A stretch of 64,000 nt of DNA, from contig MU053376.1 in the NCBI GenBank assembly GCA_013239625.1, positions 1,760,833 to 1,824,832 on the forward strand, read 5' to 3'. The notes beneath the pieces are model-generated. The model saw only the letters and a list, made by a program, of their open reading frames with translations, made no database searches and had not been told where the DNA came from. This DNA is from Lama guanicoe (lineage: Eukaryota). The translations under genes and the position numbers were made by a program. Position 1 is the first letter of the stretch. Each line of letters starts with the position of its first letter. Positions 1 to 10,910 of this stretch are shown one piece after another.

Positions 1-235
1 TATGGAAATTTCACGTCAAAGATACTCACATGACATCAGCTAGCTGGTTGGGAGTTGCAGCTGCCCCCTTTCACATGGGACAGGCACATCCTTCTTAATT
101 GCTTCGTTCATTTGTTACCTGCCTGGCCCTGGGAGCCACTGTAACCTCATTCTAATCCTCCTCCTCTCCCTTCTCTGCATTTTTCCACCTCATACTCTAC
201 CCCCAACCCTGGCCCCAACCAGACCACACACTTGC

Positions 236-1175
236 CTTCATCAGGAGCATTTTCATCCCACACAGTCCACATCTGGACACTGAAGAAGGGTGCCCAGCAG
301 GCGATGTAAGCCAGCACAATGATGAAGGTCATCTTCACAGTTCGGATCTTGGCCCGTGAGATGGTGCTAACGCTGCTGACCCGAGATGGCAGCCCCCATG
401 TGGCTGCGGCTGGGTCAGAAGGTGAGGATCTCTTCCAAGTCCTCCAGCCACCTCCTTCTACCCTCTGGGCCTGTGTCTTGACTTTTAGATTCTTACAGAT
501 TTCGTGGCAGATGAGGCTGTAGCAGGCCGTGAGCATGGCCACAGGTAGGATGAAGATGGCCAGAGTGGTCCAGGTGATGTAGACCCGTGGTCCCCAAGGG
601 AAGCGAAAGTCTGCCCAGCAGTCCAGTACTCCGGAGCCCTGGATCACCTCTCGTAAAGAAAAAATGAAGACTTGAGGGATGCTGAGGATGGCGGCCAGCA
701 GCCAGGGAGCAGCGATGAGTGGGTAGGTGGACTGGTTGGGCTGCTGGAGGCTGCGCAGTGGGTGACAAACGGCCAGGTAGCGGTCCAGGGTCATGGCCAG
801 CAGCATGTAGGTGGAGGCGAACATGCTGAGCACCTGCAGGTACTTGATGGCCCTGCAGAGGGGGTCGGGGCCCTGAAAGCGGTAGGTGATGTCCCACAGC
901 AGCTGGGGCAGCACTTGGAAGAGCGCCACGCCCAGGTCGGTCAGGGCGAGGTGCAGCACAAACAGGTGCATGCGGGAGCGCTTCTGGGCTGGCTGTCCCA
1001 CGGTCAGCAGCACAGTCAGGTTGCCCCCGGTGGCCAGCACCAGGATAGTGGCCAGGACTCCGATCTCCACCTTGGCCAGCTCCTCATCCCGGCCCAGCCA
1101 GGGTGTGGTGGCATTGGGGGCAGAGAGGGTGCCCCTGCGTGTGGGGCTGGCGGTCCAAGGAGGCCCAGAATCCAT
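236..1175 (-). CDS. AVPR1B: Vasopressin V1b receptor, first coding exon (TM1-TM6, 940 nt); last coding exon lies outside the window to the left
   Basis: Translation [12 protein letters not shown]...[12 protein letters not shown]...DRYLAVCHP...[11 protein letters not shown]...[11 protein letters not shown]...DENAPDE matches V1b. Start context is a perfect Kozak (CCACCATGG, ATG at 1175). Exon ends GAT GAA G|GCAAGT at 236/235, the conserved post-TM6 intron position of AVP/OXT receptors. Confidence 0.97.
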
Positions 1176-1599
1176 GGTGGAAGTTTGCTGGGAGGGAAAA
1201 AGAGGAGGAAAGGAGGAGGGAAAGGAGGAGGGAAAGGGATGGAGGGGAATGTGCATGCAAGTGGAGGGGTTCGATGAATGAGATGACGTGGGGAGGGGAA
1301 GGTTTAAGATGGAAGAAAGAAGAAATGTGGGGATGACAGGGAGAAGGGTGAAACTGGGTGGAAATAGTTAAAAGGTCAGGGATAGAGAGGATGAGGGAGA
1401 ATGAGATCGGGAAGGAGAAGATGCTGATCCCAGAGAGGGGAGGAGGAACCCAGGAGCGAAAGTGAGGAGTGGTCAGGGAAGCAAGGTGTCAGGAAGGGAA
1501 GAAAGGATGAGGCTGTGCACAGTGAGGCTTCTGGAAAGGAAAGAAGGCTGGGGGAGCTGGCACTACTCCCAAATCCACCCCAAATTCACTTTCTCCAAA

Positions 1600-2020
1600 C
1601 TTTTCTGGAAACGGAAAGCGGATGTCGCTAAGCCTGCTTGGAGGCGCAGTCCGGGGCTTTGGCATGGCCCGCTAGGCTGGAAGCTCCAGCAAGGCCCGCG
1701 CGCCCGGGCGGTCGGACAGCGACAGGCGGCAGCGGGAGCGCAGCGGCTCGGCCCCTGCGGGTTTTATGGGCTCGCAGCCCGAGCGCAGCGGCCCCTCGGC
1801 GCGCCGGTTGGCTCCTGCGGAGGAGGGCGGAGTGACACTCACAGGCACCCAGTTGGCGAGAGGACCGAGAGGCTGGTTGGAGGAGTTGGGGTGGATGTCG
1901 GGGGAGGCTCAGGGAGGAGGGACAGAGCTGGCGGTGGACCAGGAACAGGGAGCGAGAGAAGCGGACGACTCGAGCAAGCACTCACCAGACGGTGGGACTC
2001 ATGGACCCGTAGGCAGACAT
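1600..2020 (-). promoter_or_regulatory. CpG-rich AVPR1B promoter / 5' region with TATA-like CATAAAA (1768-1762)
   Basis: Dense CpG upstream of the AVPR1B ATG; plus-strand ttttatg at 1762-1768. TSS is inferred, not observed. Confidence 0.55.
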
Positions 2021-3579
2021 AACCTCATCTTCGCTGGTCCTGGAACCGTTGGACTGTCCCCCAAGACAGGTGCACAGCCCGGGGATGGGGTATGGCTACC
2101 CATCCACGTGGGAACTCTAAGACCAGCAGCGCTGTTGGGCGCCCCCTGTCATGGGCTCCTCGTTATACAAGAAGAGTCCAAAATCTGCCAGGGTGGCAGG
2201 TGGGTGAGGTAGGGCCCCAGACGGAGCCTTCAGTTCTTGGGAGGGACGTCTGACTGCAGACACTGGTGGGAGACTTGGATCCATAAAGGAGGGGAGGGGG
2301 AAAGAAAGCGAGGACTTGGGCAGAGAGGGGGCAATAGTGGTGACAGGAGGAAGGTGGGGATGGGAGGAGTTAGACCCAAGATGATGAGACCGGTGGATGG
2401 GAGAATCTGCCTCTGAAGGGGAAGTCTTAACCCGCAGCCTCCCCCCCCCCAACCCCATCTTCCAACAGCAGTATCCTAAAGGCAGTTAACCACCCTGTGA
2501 GGTAGTAAACTGAAGCCCATAGAAATTAGATGACTTGCTTTAGCAAGATCACAGAACTAGTAAAGCAGGAGAGGCAGGACTAGACCCAGTGTGCTTTTTC
2601 GAGAGCAGACTTGACTAATATCCAGTATATGAGAACCACTGGTGCAGAGGGTACAAATAAAAATAAACCACCAGCGCCCGGAGCAAGCCTCCAGTTCAGC
2701 GGACAAAGCAGTGAGTGGTACTGGTTGTAGAATTCACTCTATTTTTAGGTGCATATAGGAGGTGGATCACTGGGACTCTCCAGAGCAGATTAGAAGTTCA
2801 TTAGGAGTGACAACAGCCCGGTCTACCACACTCAGAAAGGGCAGGGTCCTTCATGGTGCCAGAGAGCCTCTTGTCTTGTCCTTTAATCATACCAGACCCC
2901 CACCCTTTACAGTATCACCCACACATCCAATTAACATCACATCTTGGAGAGTCTCCATCCTAAACAGTCTACACATTCATCTCCGCTTCATCCCCCTGCT
3001 GCAGTTCAAACACTCACCACTTCTCACCTAAAATACTGTAGCATCCTCCTTTTGTGCTCTGTAGCTGAAGCCCCAACTTCTCAAGGATTTTACTCTTTGT
3101 AAAAGATTATTTTAAGTCTCTTTACTGGATCATTCCCATCAGCTGGCAAACAAACTCTAGTGTTGTGCATTAAAAAATATGTATATATACATATATATAT
3201 ATACACATACATTTATATATATTTAAAAGCACACCTCAGACACTAGACCCCCACCTCCCACTGTTACAGTCTCTTCCCCTTCACAGCAAAACTCAAAAGG
3301 GCTGTCTGTGTCTGTCTCCATGTTCTTGCTCACAATCATTCACTTCTTGATGTATTCATTTTAAACTATATACATTATGTTTTTAAAATGTCCCATATTA
3401 CATACATGATACCATACTCTATGTACCATTCTGGAACTTCCTTTTTAAATTCTATTTTATTTTTGAGATCTGTCCATGAGAATGCATTGGCTAGCTCTAG
3501 TTCATTCAGTGTAGACTGCATACTGCATACTCTTCAAGCATATGCATGTAACACATTTTATTTATTCATTACCCTGGGT

Positions 3580-4190
3580 TTTTTTTTTAATGTTTTTCAT
3601 TTTTATATATTTTTAAAGGTTATTTTCCATTGACAGTTATTACAAAATATTGGAGCTTTATTACCAATAGAGCAGAATTCCTTCCCCCTGCCCTCCTGTG
3701 GCGTCCCCTCCCCATGTTGTAAGCATCCCTGAGTGTATCTTACACTGAATAGTTTGTATCTCCCACTCCCCTGCACCTATATTTCCCCTCCTTCCACACT
3801 GGTAACCACTAGTTTGTTCTCTGTATCTGTGAGTCTGCTTCTTTTTTTGTTATATTCACTAGTTTGTTATATTTTTTAGATTCCACATATAAGTGATATC
3901 ATACATTATTTGCCTTTCTCTGTCACTTAGCATCATGCCCTCCAATCATCTATGTTGTTGCTAATGGCAAAACTTCATTCTTTTTAATGACTGAGTAGTA
4001 TTCCTGTGTGTGTGTGTGTGTGTGTGTACCACATCTTCTTTACCAGTCATCTATTGATGGACACTTTGATTGCTTCCATATCTTGGCAATTGTAAATGAT
4101 GCTGCTGTGAACATGGGGGTGCATATATCTTTTTGAATGAGTGTTTTTGGTTTGTTTGGATATACACCCAGGTGTGGAATCGCCCAGTAC
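3580..4190 (-). mobile_element. L1 3' end fragment nested in older L1 sequence (~3350-5480)
   Basis: Antisense L1 3'UTR motifs (tttttagattccacatataagtgatatcatac; ctgagtagtattcc; ttgcttccatatcttggcaattgtaaat); internal (TG)n near 4005-4027. Confidence 0.8.
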
Positions 4191-4799
4191 CTTGTTTTTC
4201 TTATTTAGGTTATTTCCAGATTTTTTTTTGCTACTTATTTTTTCAATGCTACAATGAACATTCTTATATATGTTTCTTTGTGTTCATGTGTGAAAATTTC
4301 CCTCAGATGTACAACCAGAAGTATATGTTTGATATTACTGTTAGTTCATACAATTCATGAATTTTCAATTAGATAGGCCCATATCTCAAAGTTTATCTCC
4401 AAATTTGTTGGGCTGATTCATTCTTCCGCCAGCTGCATTTGAGTTTCCTTCCCATCATCCTCATAGTCAGATTTTCAAATTTTCACCAATCTGATTGGTA
4501 TGAAATAGCATCTCATTTTGCTTTTATTTTCTTTTTCTCTGATTACTAATTATTTGAGGTATCTTGCCATATATTTATTTGTTGTTTGGATTTCCTCTTC
4601 TGTGATTTGTTCATATCCTCTGCACAAATCTTTATTAGATGTTTTTACTTATCAGTTTGTCAGAAATCTCTGTATGTTCTGATATGAATCTTTTATGTAT
4701 TCTAATATGTTGCAGGTATCTCCTCTTATCTGTCACTTTTAATTTTGTTTATAGGGTCATTTGTTACAAAGGAAATTTAAATTTTAATGTAGTAATGGT

Positions 4800-5186
4800 C
4801 CCAGCTCTGTCCCGGAGCGAGGAGGTTGTGTCGTTGGCTGATTCCGGGAGGTTCCAGACAGGATGAACAAGGTTGTTTGCAACAACTGTCTGGGGAAGAA
4901 GGTCCTTGTTAAGTGTAATATTGATGACACCATCAGGAACCTTAAGAAGCTGATTATAGCCCACACTGGCGCCTATTGGAACAAGATCATATTGAAGACG
5001 TGGTACAGGATTTTTAAGGACCACATGTCTCTGGGGGACGATCCATGATGGGATAAACCTGGAGCTTTATTACCAATAGAGTGGAATTCCTTCCCCCTGC
5101 CCTCCTGTGGCCTCCCCTCTTCTCCCACCCTCACCCCCCATACTAGTATAGATGCTTGTTTTTAAAAACTCCTGTTAATAAAATAA
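4800..5186 (+). pseudogene. UBL5: UBL5 (ubiquitin-like 5 / Hub1) processed pseudogene
   Basis: Intronless [31 protein letters not shown]...[21 protein letters not shown] from 4863. After a frameshift it resumes [12 protein letters not shown] (TAG 5077-5079). 3'UTR with AATAAA at 5177-5182. Confidence 0.93.
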
Positions 5187-8100
5187 TTGCTGGTATTTGA
5201 GAACAATATTGATTTTTGTAACTTGCTCTTAAATTCAGCAATTTTGCTGCACACTCTTATATTAGTAAATTACTTAGGCCTCTCTATGCATGTATTGTTG
5301 TCTGCAAACAACAATCATTTTGTTTCTTTTATTCTGAATCTATTCAGCTCTTATTTCCTTTTCTTGTCTTACTGTGATAGCTAAGACTCCACTCCAATGC
5401 TGAAAAGCAGGCATCATTGATTTCTGATGTTAATGAGAATGCTTCTGAAATTTCACCATTAAGTATTATATTTATGGTAGATCTTCTTCACTTTTTAATT
5501 TTTAAAATATACTTAATTTTTATAGGCACACAGCATAAAGAGTCAAATGATTCTATAGTGGAGTTATGAGAAAAGTAATCCCCCCACACTACCCCTGTTT
5601 TTTAAAATTCCCTAGAGGTAATAATTTCCTAGTTTTCATTTTAAGCATTATTTATTGATCTTTCTTTTGAGCACAACAACACAGACCCACTGCTCACATG
5701 CCTGTTTCCTGTACTCCCATCTTCCCAACAGAGTGATGGAATAGTGACCTGCGAGTTTCCATCTGAGACTGACTTTGTATGATCTGAAAGCTGAATCTTT
5801 AGAGAGTAATAAAAACTTCTAGAGCCTCTTGCCTAAAATATTGAAAAATTTAAGAAAGGTGTGATTCATCCTCAAATAATTTAATCCAATCCTTTAAAAA
5901 AAGGATTTGTTTCCATGGATTTGAAAGTTGGTTTCTGCATGACTAACTAGTAGACTAAGATGTGGAGAAATCAAATTGAAATTGTTAGATGTCACTTCAG
6001 TTAAAGAAGAAAGAAGGGCTCTTTTCCGATATTCAGCTTGAACATCCATCATGTTTTCAGGTATAGACCTGTCATGAAAAATAAAATTTATTTATATATT
6101 TATCATAGCTCTTCTCTTAATAATCTTCCATTTTGGCCAAAAGGGTGACCTAAAAGTCTTCCCCACGTTATTCCTGGCCTGTGAAGAGTGGGGGATGTCT
6201 GTGTCCCTCTTGTGCTGCACTGCGACCTTTGCAGAAGGAAGTAGATGTGGGCCTTTTCTCCTGCAGACTCTGGGCGCCTGACCTGCAGAGACCTCTTCTT
6301 GGTTGAGACTCAGAACCTCTCAGTGTGTTGAGCTACTTGTTGACATTTCAGAGAGATGCATGGCCCCTTGCCATCACACTCATTATCCAGCAGGCAGTGG
6401 CCTTTCTGCCTCCCTGGGTAACCCTTGATTCACTGCCCCATAAGTGTCTAGATGGAGGAAGTGGTCTGAGGAAGATGGGCCATTATGGAAACTAATGCAT
6501 CTTTTACAGCCTTGGTGTCGCCATCGTCTTTCTGTTCAGTTGGTTTAACCCTGAGGTTGATGGAAAGCCAAGGGATAAAAGGGGTTGGTGTAGAGGACAG
6601 GAGGGTCAGCTGAACCAGTGTTGATTTCAGGGACTCTCCCAAAGCCTCCACTGTGTCCCTCTCACCACAAAACACCTTGTAAAGTCGTAAAATGTTGGGG
6701 TTGAAAGGGACTTATATTTTGGTTCCGACTAAGAGGCTGAGGAGTGATGGAAAGGATGTCAAGGACCATCAAGTCCCATTCTCTCATGGTCCAGAAGAAA
6801 GTCCAACCTGAAAGCCAAAGACACAAGTGAGGTTCTCAGCATCACAGGGATATCGACGCTGAGAGTCTGACCAACATCCACATTTGTCCATGTGCTCTCT
6901 TCTTCATCACGCCCTCAGGGCAGTGGTTCTCCACCCTGGCTGCATTTGTGAATCTCCTAAACACACTGTAGAATGCCCAGGCCTCAGGCACAGGGATTCT
7001 GACCCGCTGCCCTAAAGCAAAAGTTTCAACACTAAGGCTGATTAAGCCAACACAGTGCTTGACCCGTAGCAGAAGCTCCATTAGCTATTGTCGAAAGTTA
7101 ATTCACAATTTAATGGGCACAAATGAGTCACTGAATTATCCCCACCATTTAACATGGCCTTATTTTATTTCTCAACTTTATTGTAGACATTTAAAAATAT
7201 TTATAAAAATAGAGAGAACAGTATAATAATTTGTATAGTATAAAATTTGCCTTTTCATAGAGGTTTTCTGGAGAGTAGATTAGGGATTCTAATGCTGTTG
7301 AGAATTCCGACAGCCCCACTAGACCAGGATCAGGTTACCTGTGTGCAGTATCTCTGGGAACCTCTCAGACCACATCCCCCTGAATATGTGGCTGTGAGAG
7401 GTGCAGGTGGAGGGATGCAGGGGTCAGGCATCCTCATGGCCAGAAACATAGCAGACAGCTGAAGATGGGGACCCTTTATACAATCCGCACGTTCCCCGAG
7501 CCTGGCCCCAGGGCAGATCTCAGCTCCAAGGGAGGAGAGGCAGTTAGTGCTAGAGAGTGCAGTGACATCTCCCAGAGGCACTTGGCTCTTTGGCATGGCT
7601 TTTTAGAACAGGAGGTGATCCTGGTATGCTCATATAATGCCACTTTTGACTCCCTTTGAGGGATGGTTGACACTTTCTCCATTAATTATCATCAGTCCAT
7701 AAGTTTGGTTTTTTTAAGCTCCTTGTGGCTATCAGAACTCCACTAAATTTCCTTGAAGTTTAATGAAAGAATGCAGTGACTTACAGAGGATAAATACATA
7801 GCATAGCTTTTTAGTTTCCAGGTAAGCTGGGCCCCAGCCCACTAGTGGGCAAGGCTGTTTGAGGCTAGGAGCCCTGGAGAGAGGGGCTCTGGGGCAGTGG
7901 ATGGAGGACAGGAGTGGGGAGGGGCACAGTTGCTGAATTCTGCTTCTTCCTCTAGTGTGCCCCCCTCCCCCAGAGAAGTAGAGCTCAGAAGTCATCATTC
8001 AGCAGGCCCCCAGACATACCCCACCCCACCCTTCTTCTGCTACGTGGGAGGAGGGAGATTTGCCTTCAGCGCCCTCCAAAGCTGGCTTCAGGGATCTGCA

Positions 8101-10718
8101 CTTCTTTTCTTTTTATTCTTGCCCCACCCTCTCGGCGGCTTCCCAATAACCCCCTGCTGTGTCCAGCAGCCCAGGGACCCCCATGGCAAGTTTTACTGCC
8201 AATTTTGGGTGGGTGGAGGGGTAGGTGGCAGCCCGTGTTAGAGACATTCCTCTTCATTTCTCTTCTCATCCACATTGACCTATTCTGTGCCCCACTGACG
8301 GGGTGGCGGTGGTGGGAGCTCATTCATCGGTATTGCTAATGCGTACAGGTAGGCAGCATGAAATGGCCAAAGAACCTCTCATTCATCCCTGATGACAGCA
8401 ATATCCCCAGCTCATACCATGGTTCTTGGTGGAGTGGGTGCTCCATAAATGTTTATTGGAAAAATGGATGGAAGAAATGGAAATATCATCGAACCTAAAG
8501 TTGAGAACCAAAAGTTCTTCTCTTGGTGCTGAAACCCTGAAATGTAGAGCCAACGGGGCCAGGAAATTCAAAGTCATGGGCCAGATCAGTTTTACGGGGA
8601 CTAAATCTGAGCCAGAGTCCTGATCAGCAACGAGGATCAGCAAGTGTCCCACAGAGGATGTGTGAACGTCAGTCAGTGGGGCCCGCGTGTGGGGTGTTGT
8701 GGGAACACGAGGTCAGAGACCCCTCCTGAGAGTAACGCTGCTCTGTGAGATGCCTCCCACGCCGGCCCACGCCCACGTGCCCTTCCCAGGTCGACCTCAA
8801 TTCACACCTGGTCTTTAACATATTTCTACTTTCAGAATTGGGGGTCCTGACTGCCTCAATTCAAAGGATGTCATTGTATAGCCAAACACATAGTTATTAA
8901 GGACCATTGTTTAAAATGGAATTGCTCCATTCTCCAGTGAAGTTTTAATGAACAGAAGGAAGATACTCTGGACAAAGGATTACATAAGAGGATGGATTTG
9001 AGCAAAAGAGATCTGGAGAGATGTACAGACTTGATTTTGTTTGTTTGTTTTCTAATATCTTCCTGGGTGTCAGCATTATACGTACACTCTCTAAAATTCT
9101 CACTGCAACCCTGGAAAATAAACACTGCATTATTATCCTTTTCCCACCTCCTCCTTTAATGGTGAGGAAATTGAGATGATTCAGAGTGGTTAAATGACTT
9201 CCCCACACAGCCAGGAAGTGAGGGACCAGGATTTCAGGTCTTTTCCAGAAGACTCCAGAACTCAATCTGTCCGCTCTAATATGCTGCTCTGAGGTATCTG
9301 GAAGAGGTGACATGAAAAGGTTGCCGCATCCCCATTATCCACTTAATAAAAACAACAATGCTGATAACAACTAATATTTACACACCCTTTGGAGCTGAAA
9401 AATTACTTTGATCTTCCATTATCTCATTTAAATCTCACCATAGTCCTTTCAGGTGGGTATTTCAGGCCAATTTTAAGGAGAAGGATATTGAGTTTCAGAA
9501 GAGCTCATTTCCAGGCCACAATCACCCAGGACATAAAAATTGAGATAAGGGACAAAACAAAAGCTCTTTGGAGTCTTCGTAAGGAGTATAAAGGGATTTT
9601 GAGAGTAGAATTTTTGAAAATCACTGCTCTGGGTCATCTCAACTTTGCATTTCTGCCCTTCTCCTAGTGACACAGAATTGAAATACAGGAATCATAGACT
9701 TAGGATCTTTAAACATGGAAGGACTCTCAAAATTGGCTTCCAAGTGGAGTCTGGGAGTCCCCCACAGGTGCCTCAGGGGCTGCCTTGGGGGCAAAGGGAA
9801 GGTCAAGTTGAGGGTGGGGGCTCCAAGAAAAATTGTTATTTGTAAAGCTGGCACTGGAGTCTCTCACACATAAGTTGCCTTGGTTTAGGAAAAGGCTTAA
9901 CAAAACGCAGCGAGAGAGAGGTAAGACTCTGATGGTATGATTTGGAAGGCAGCAAGGAAGTGATGATTAAACCACTAGCATAAAAAACAAGCCAGGATTT
10001 GAAAAGGAAAGAAGAGAGAGGAGGAGTTAGAGAGAGCGAGGATTTAGCCTGCAGGCTGGTGCAGAGTCAGCAGAAACGGAACATGGGCTTTTCAAGAGCA
10101 GGGAAGTCTCATTCCAGCTACCTGCTGCAATGGCCCTCTGATGTACACCTGTCCTCCCCGTGCCCTCCTCGTTCCCCTACACATAGCTGCCTGCTATGGG
10201 GACATTTGAGAGGATGGGGAAAGGTTACACCCTACATTTTCGTCAGTGTTGAGACAGAAGAAGGAAAAACTGTAAGATGCAAAATGAGCATTTAGCAGAG
10301 CTGGACGTCGGAGCCCAAGGTGACGAGGAGTCAGCAGGGGCTTACGGATCTCCTGCAGCGTGTGGGATCGGGGTACAGACCACCTTCTCTAGATCCTGAG
10401 GAGCAGGTGGCCCAGCTGCCACCAAAACTAGTGCAGTAGCCCCTCGCTGGGCTCCCTGTCTCTAAGGTACCCTCAAATCCCACTTTTTCTGCTGCCTGAT
10501 TATTTATCCTGTAACACCGTTTACAACTCTTCCCTGTGCAGGTAGCCACGTGGTTTCTTGCTTATTAAATCAAACCAAATTGCTCAAGCCTTGCCTTTCA
10601 CACCATTGTCCTTGAACCTCCTGCCCTGGTCAGGCTGCTTTCCCTCTGCCCCTCCATCCACACTGCTGCCTGTGTCCCCACACCTTGGCTTTGTTTTTCC
10701 TCTCAGTTGAAAAATGTC

Positions 10719-10910
10719 GGGGGGGGGGCGGGTATAGCTCAAGAGGTAGAGAGCATGCTTAGCATGCAGGAGGTCCTAGGTTCAATCCCCAGCACCTCTA
10801 AAAATAAAGAAATAAACCTAATCCCTCCCTCAAAAAAAAAAAACAAACCAACCCAAATAAATAAAAAAAAATCACTCTTCAAAAAATATTTTAAAAAAGG
10901 AAACTAAAAG
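10719..10910 (+). mobile_element. Camelid tRNA-derived SINE (Vic-1-like)
   Basis: ggggcgggtatagctcaagaggtagagagcatgcttagcatgcaggaggtcctaggttcaatcccc (A/B boxes), A-rich tail, flanking gaaaaatg repeat. Confidence 0.85.

Noticed and set aside
147..235. C-terminal [10 protein letters not shown]...GLE of the 369-aa ORF
   Set aside because: Intron read-through past the GC donor; not V1b sequence.
319..2458. Overlapping or antisense ORFs around AVPR1B
   Set aside because: Shadow frames of a GC-rich exon and promoter.
5750..6670. Possible old DNA-transposon or pseudogene sequence
   Set aside because: Could not assign a family or a convincing reading frame by eye.
10719..10800. tRNA-like sequences here and at five other sites
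   Set aside because: SINE heads with A-rich tails and TSDs, not tRNA genes.
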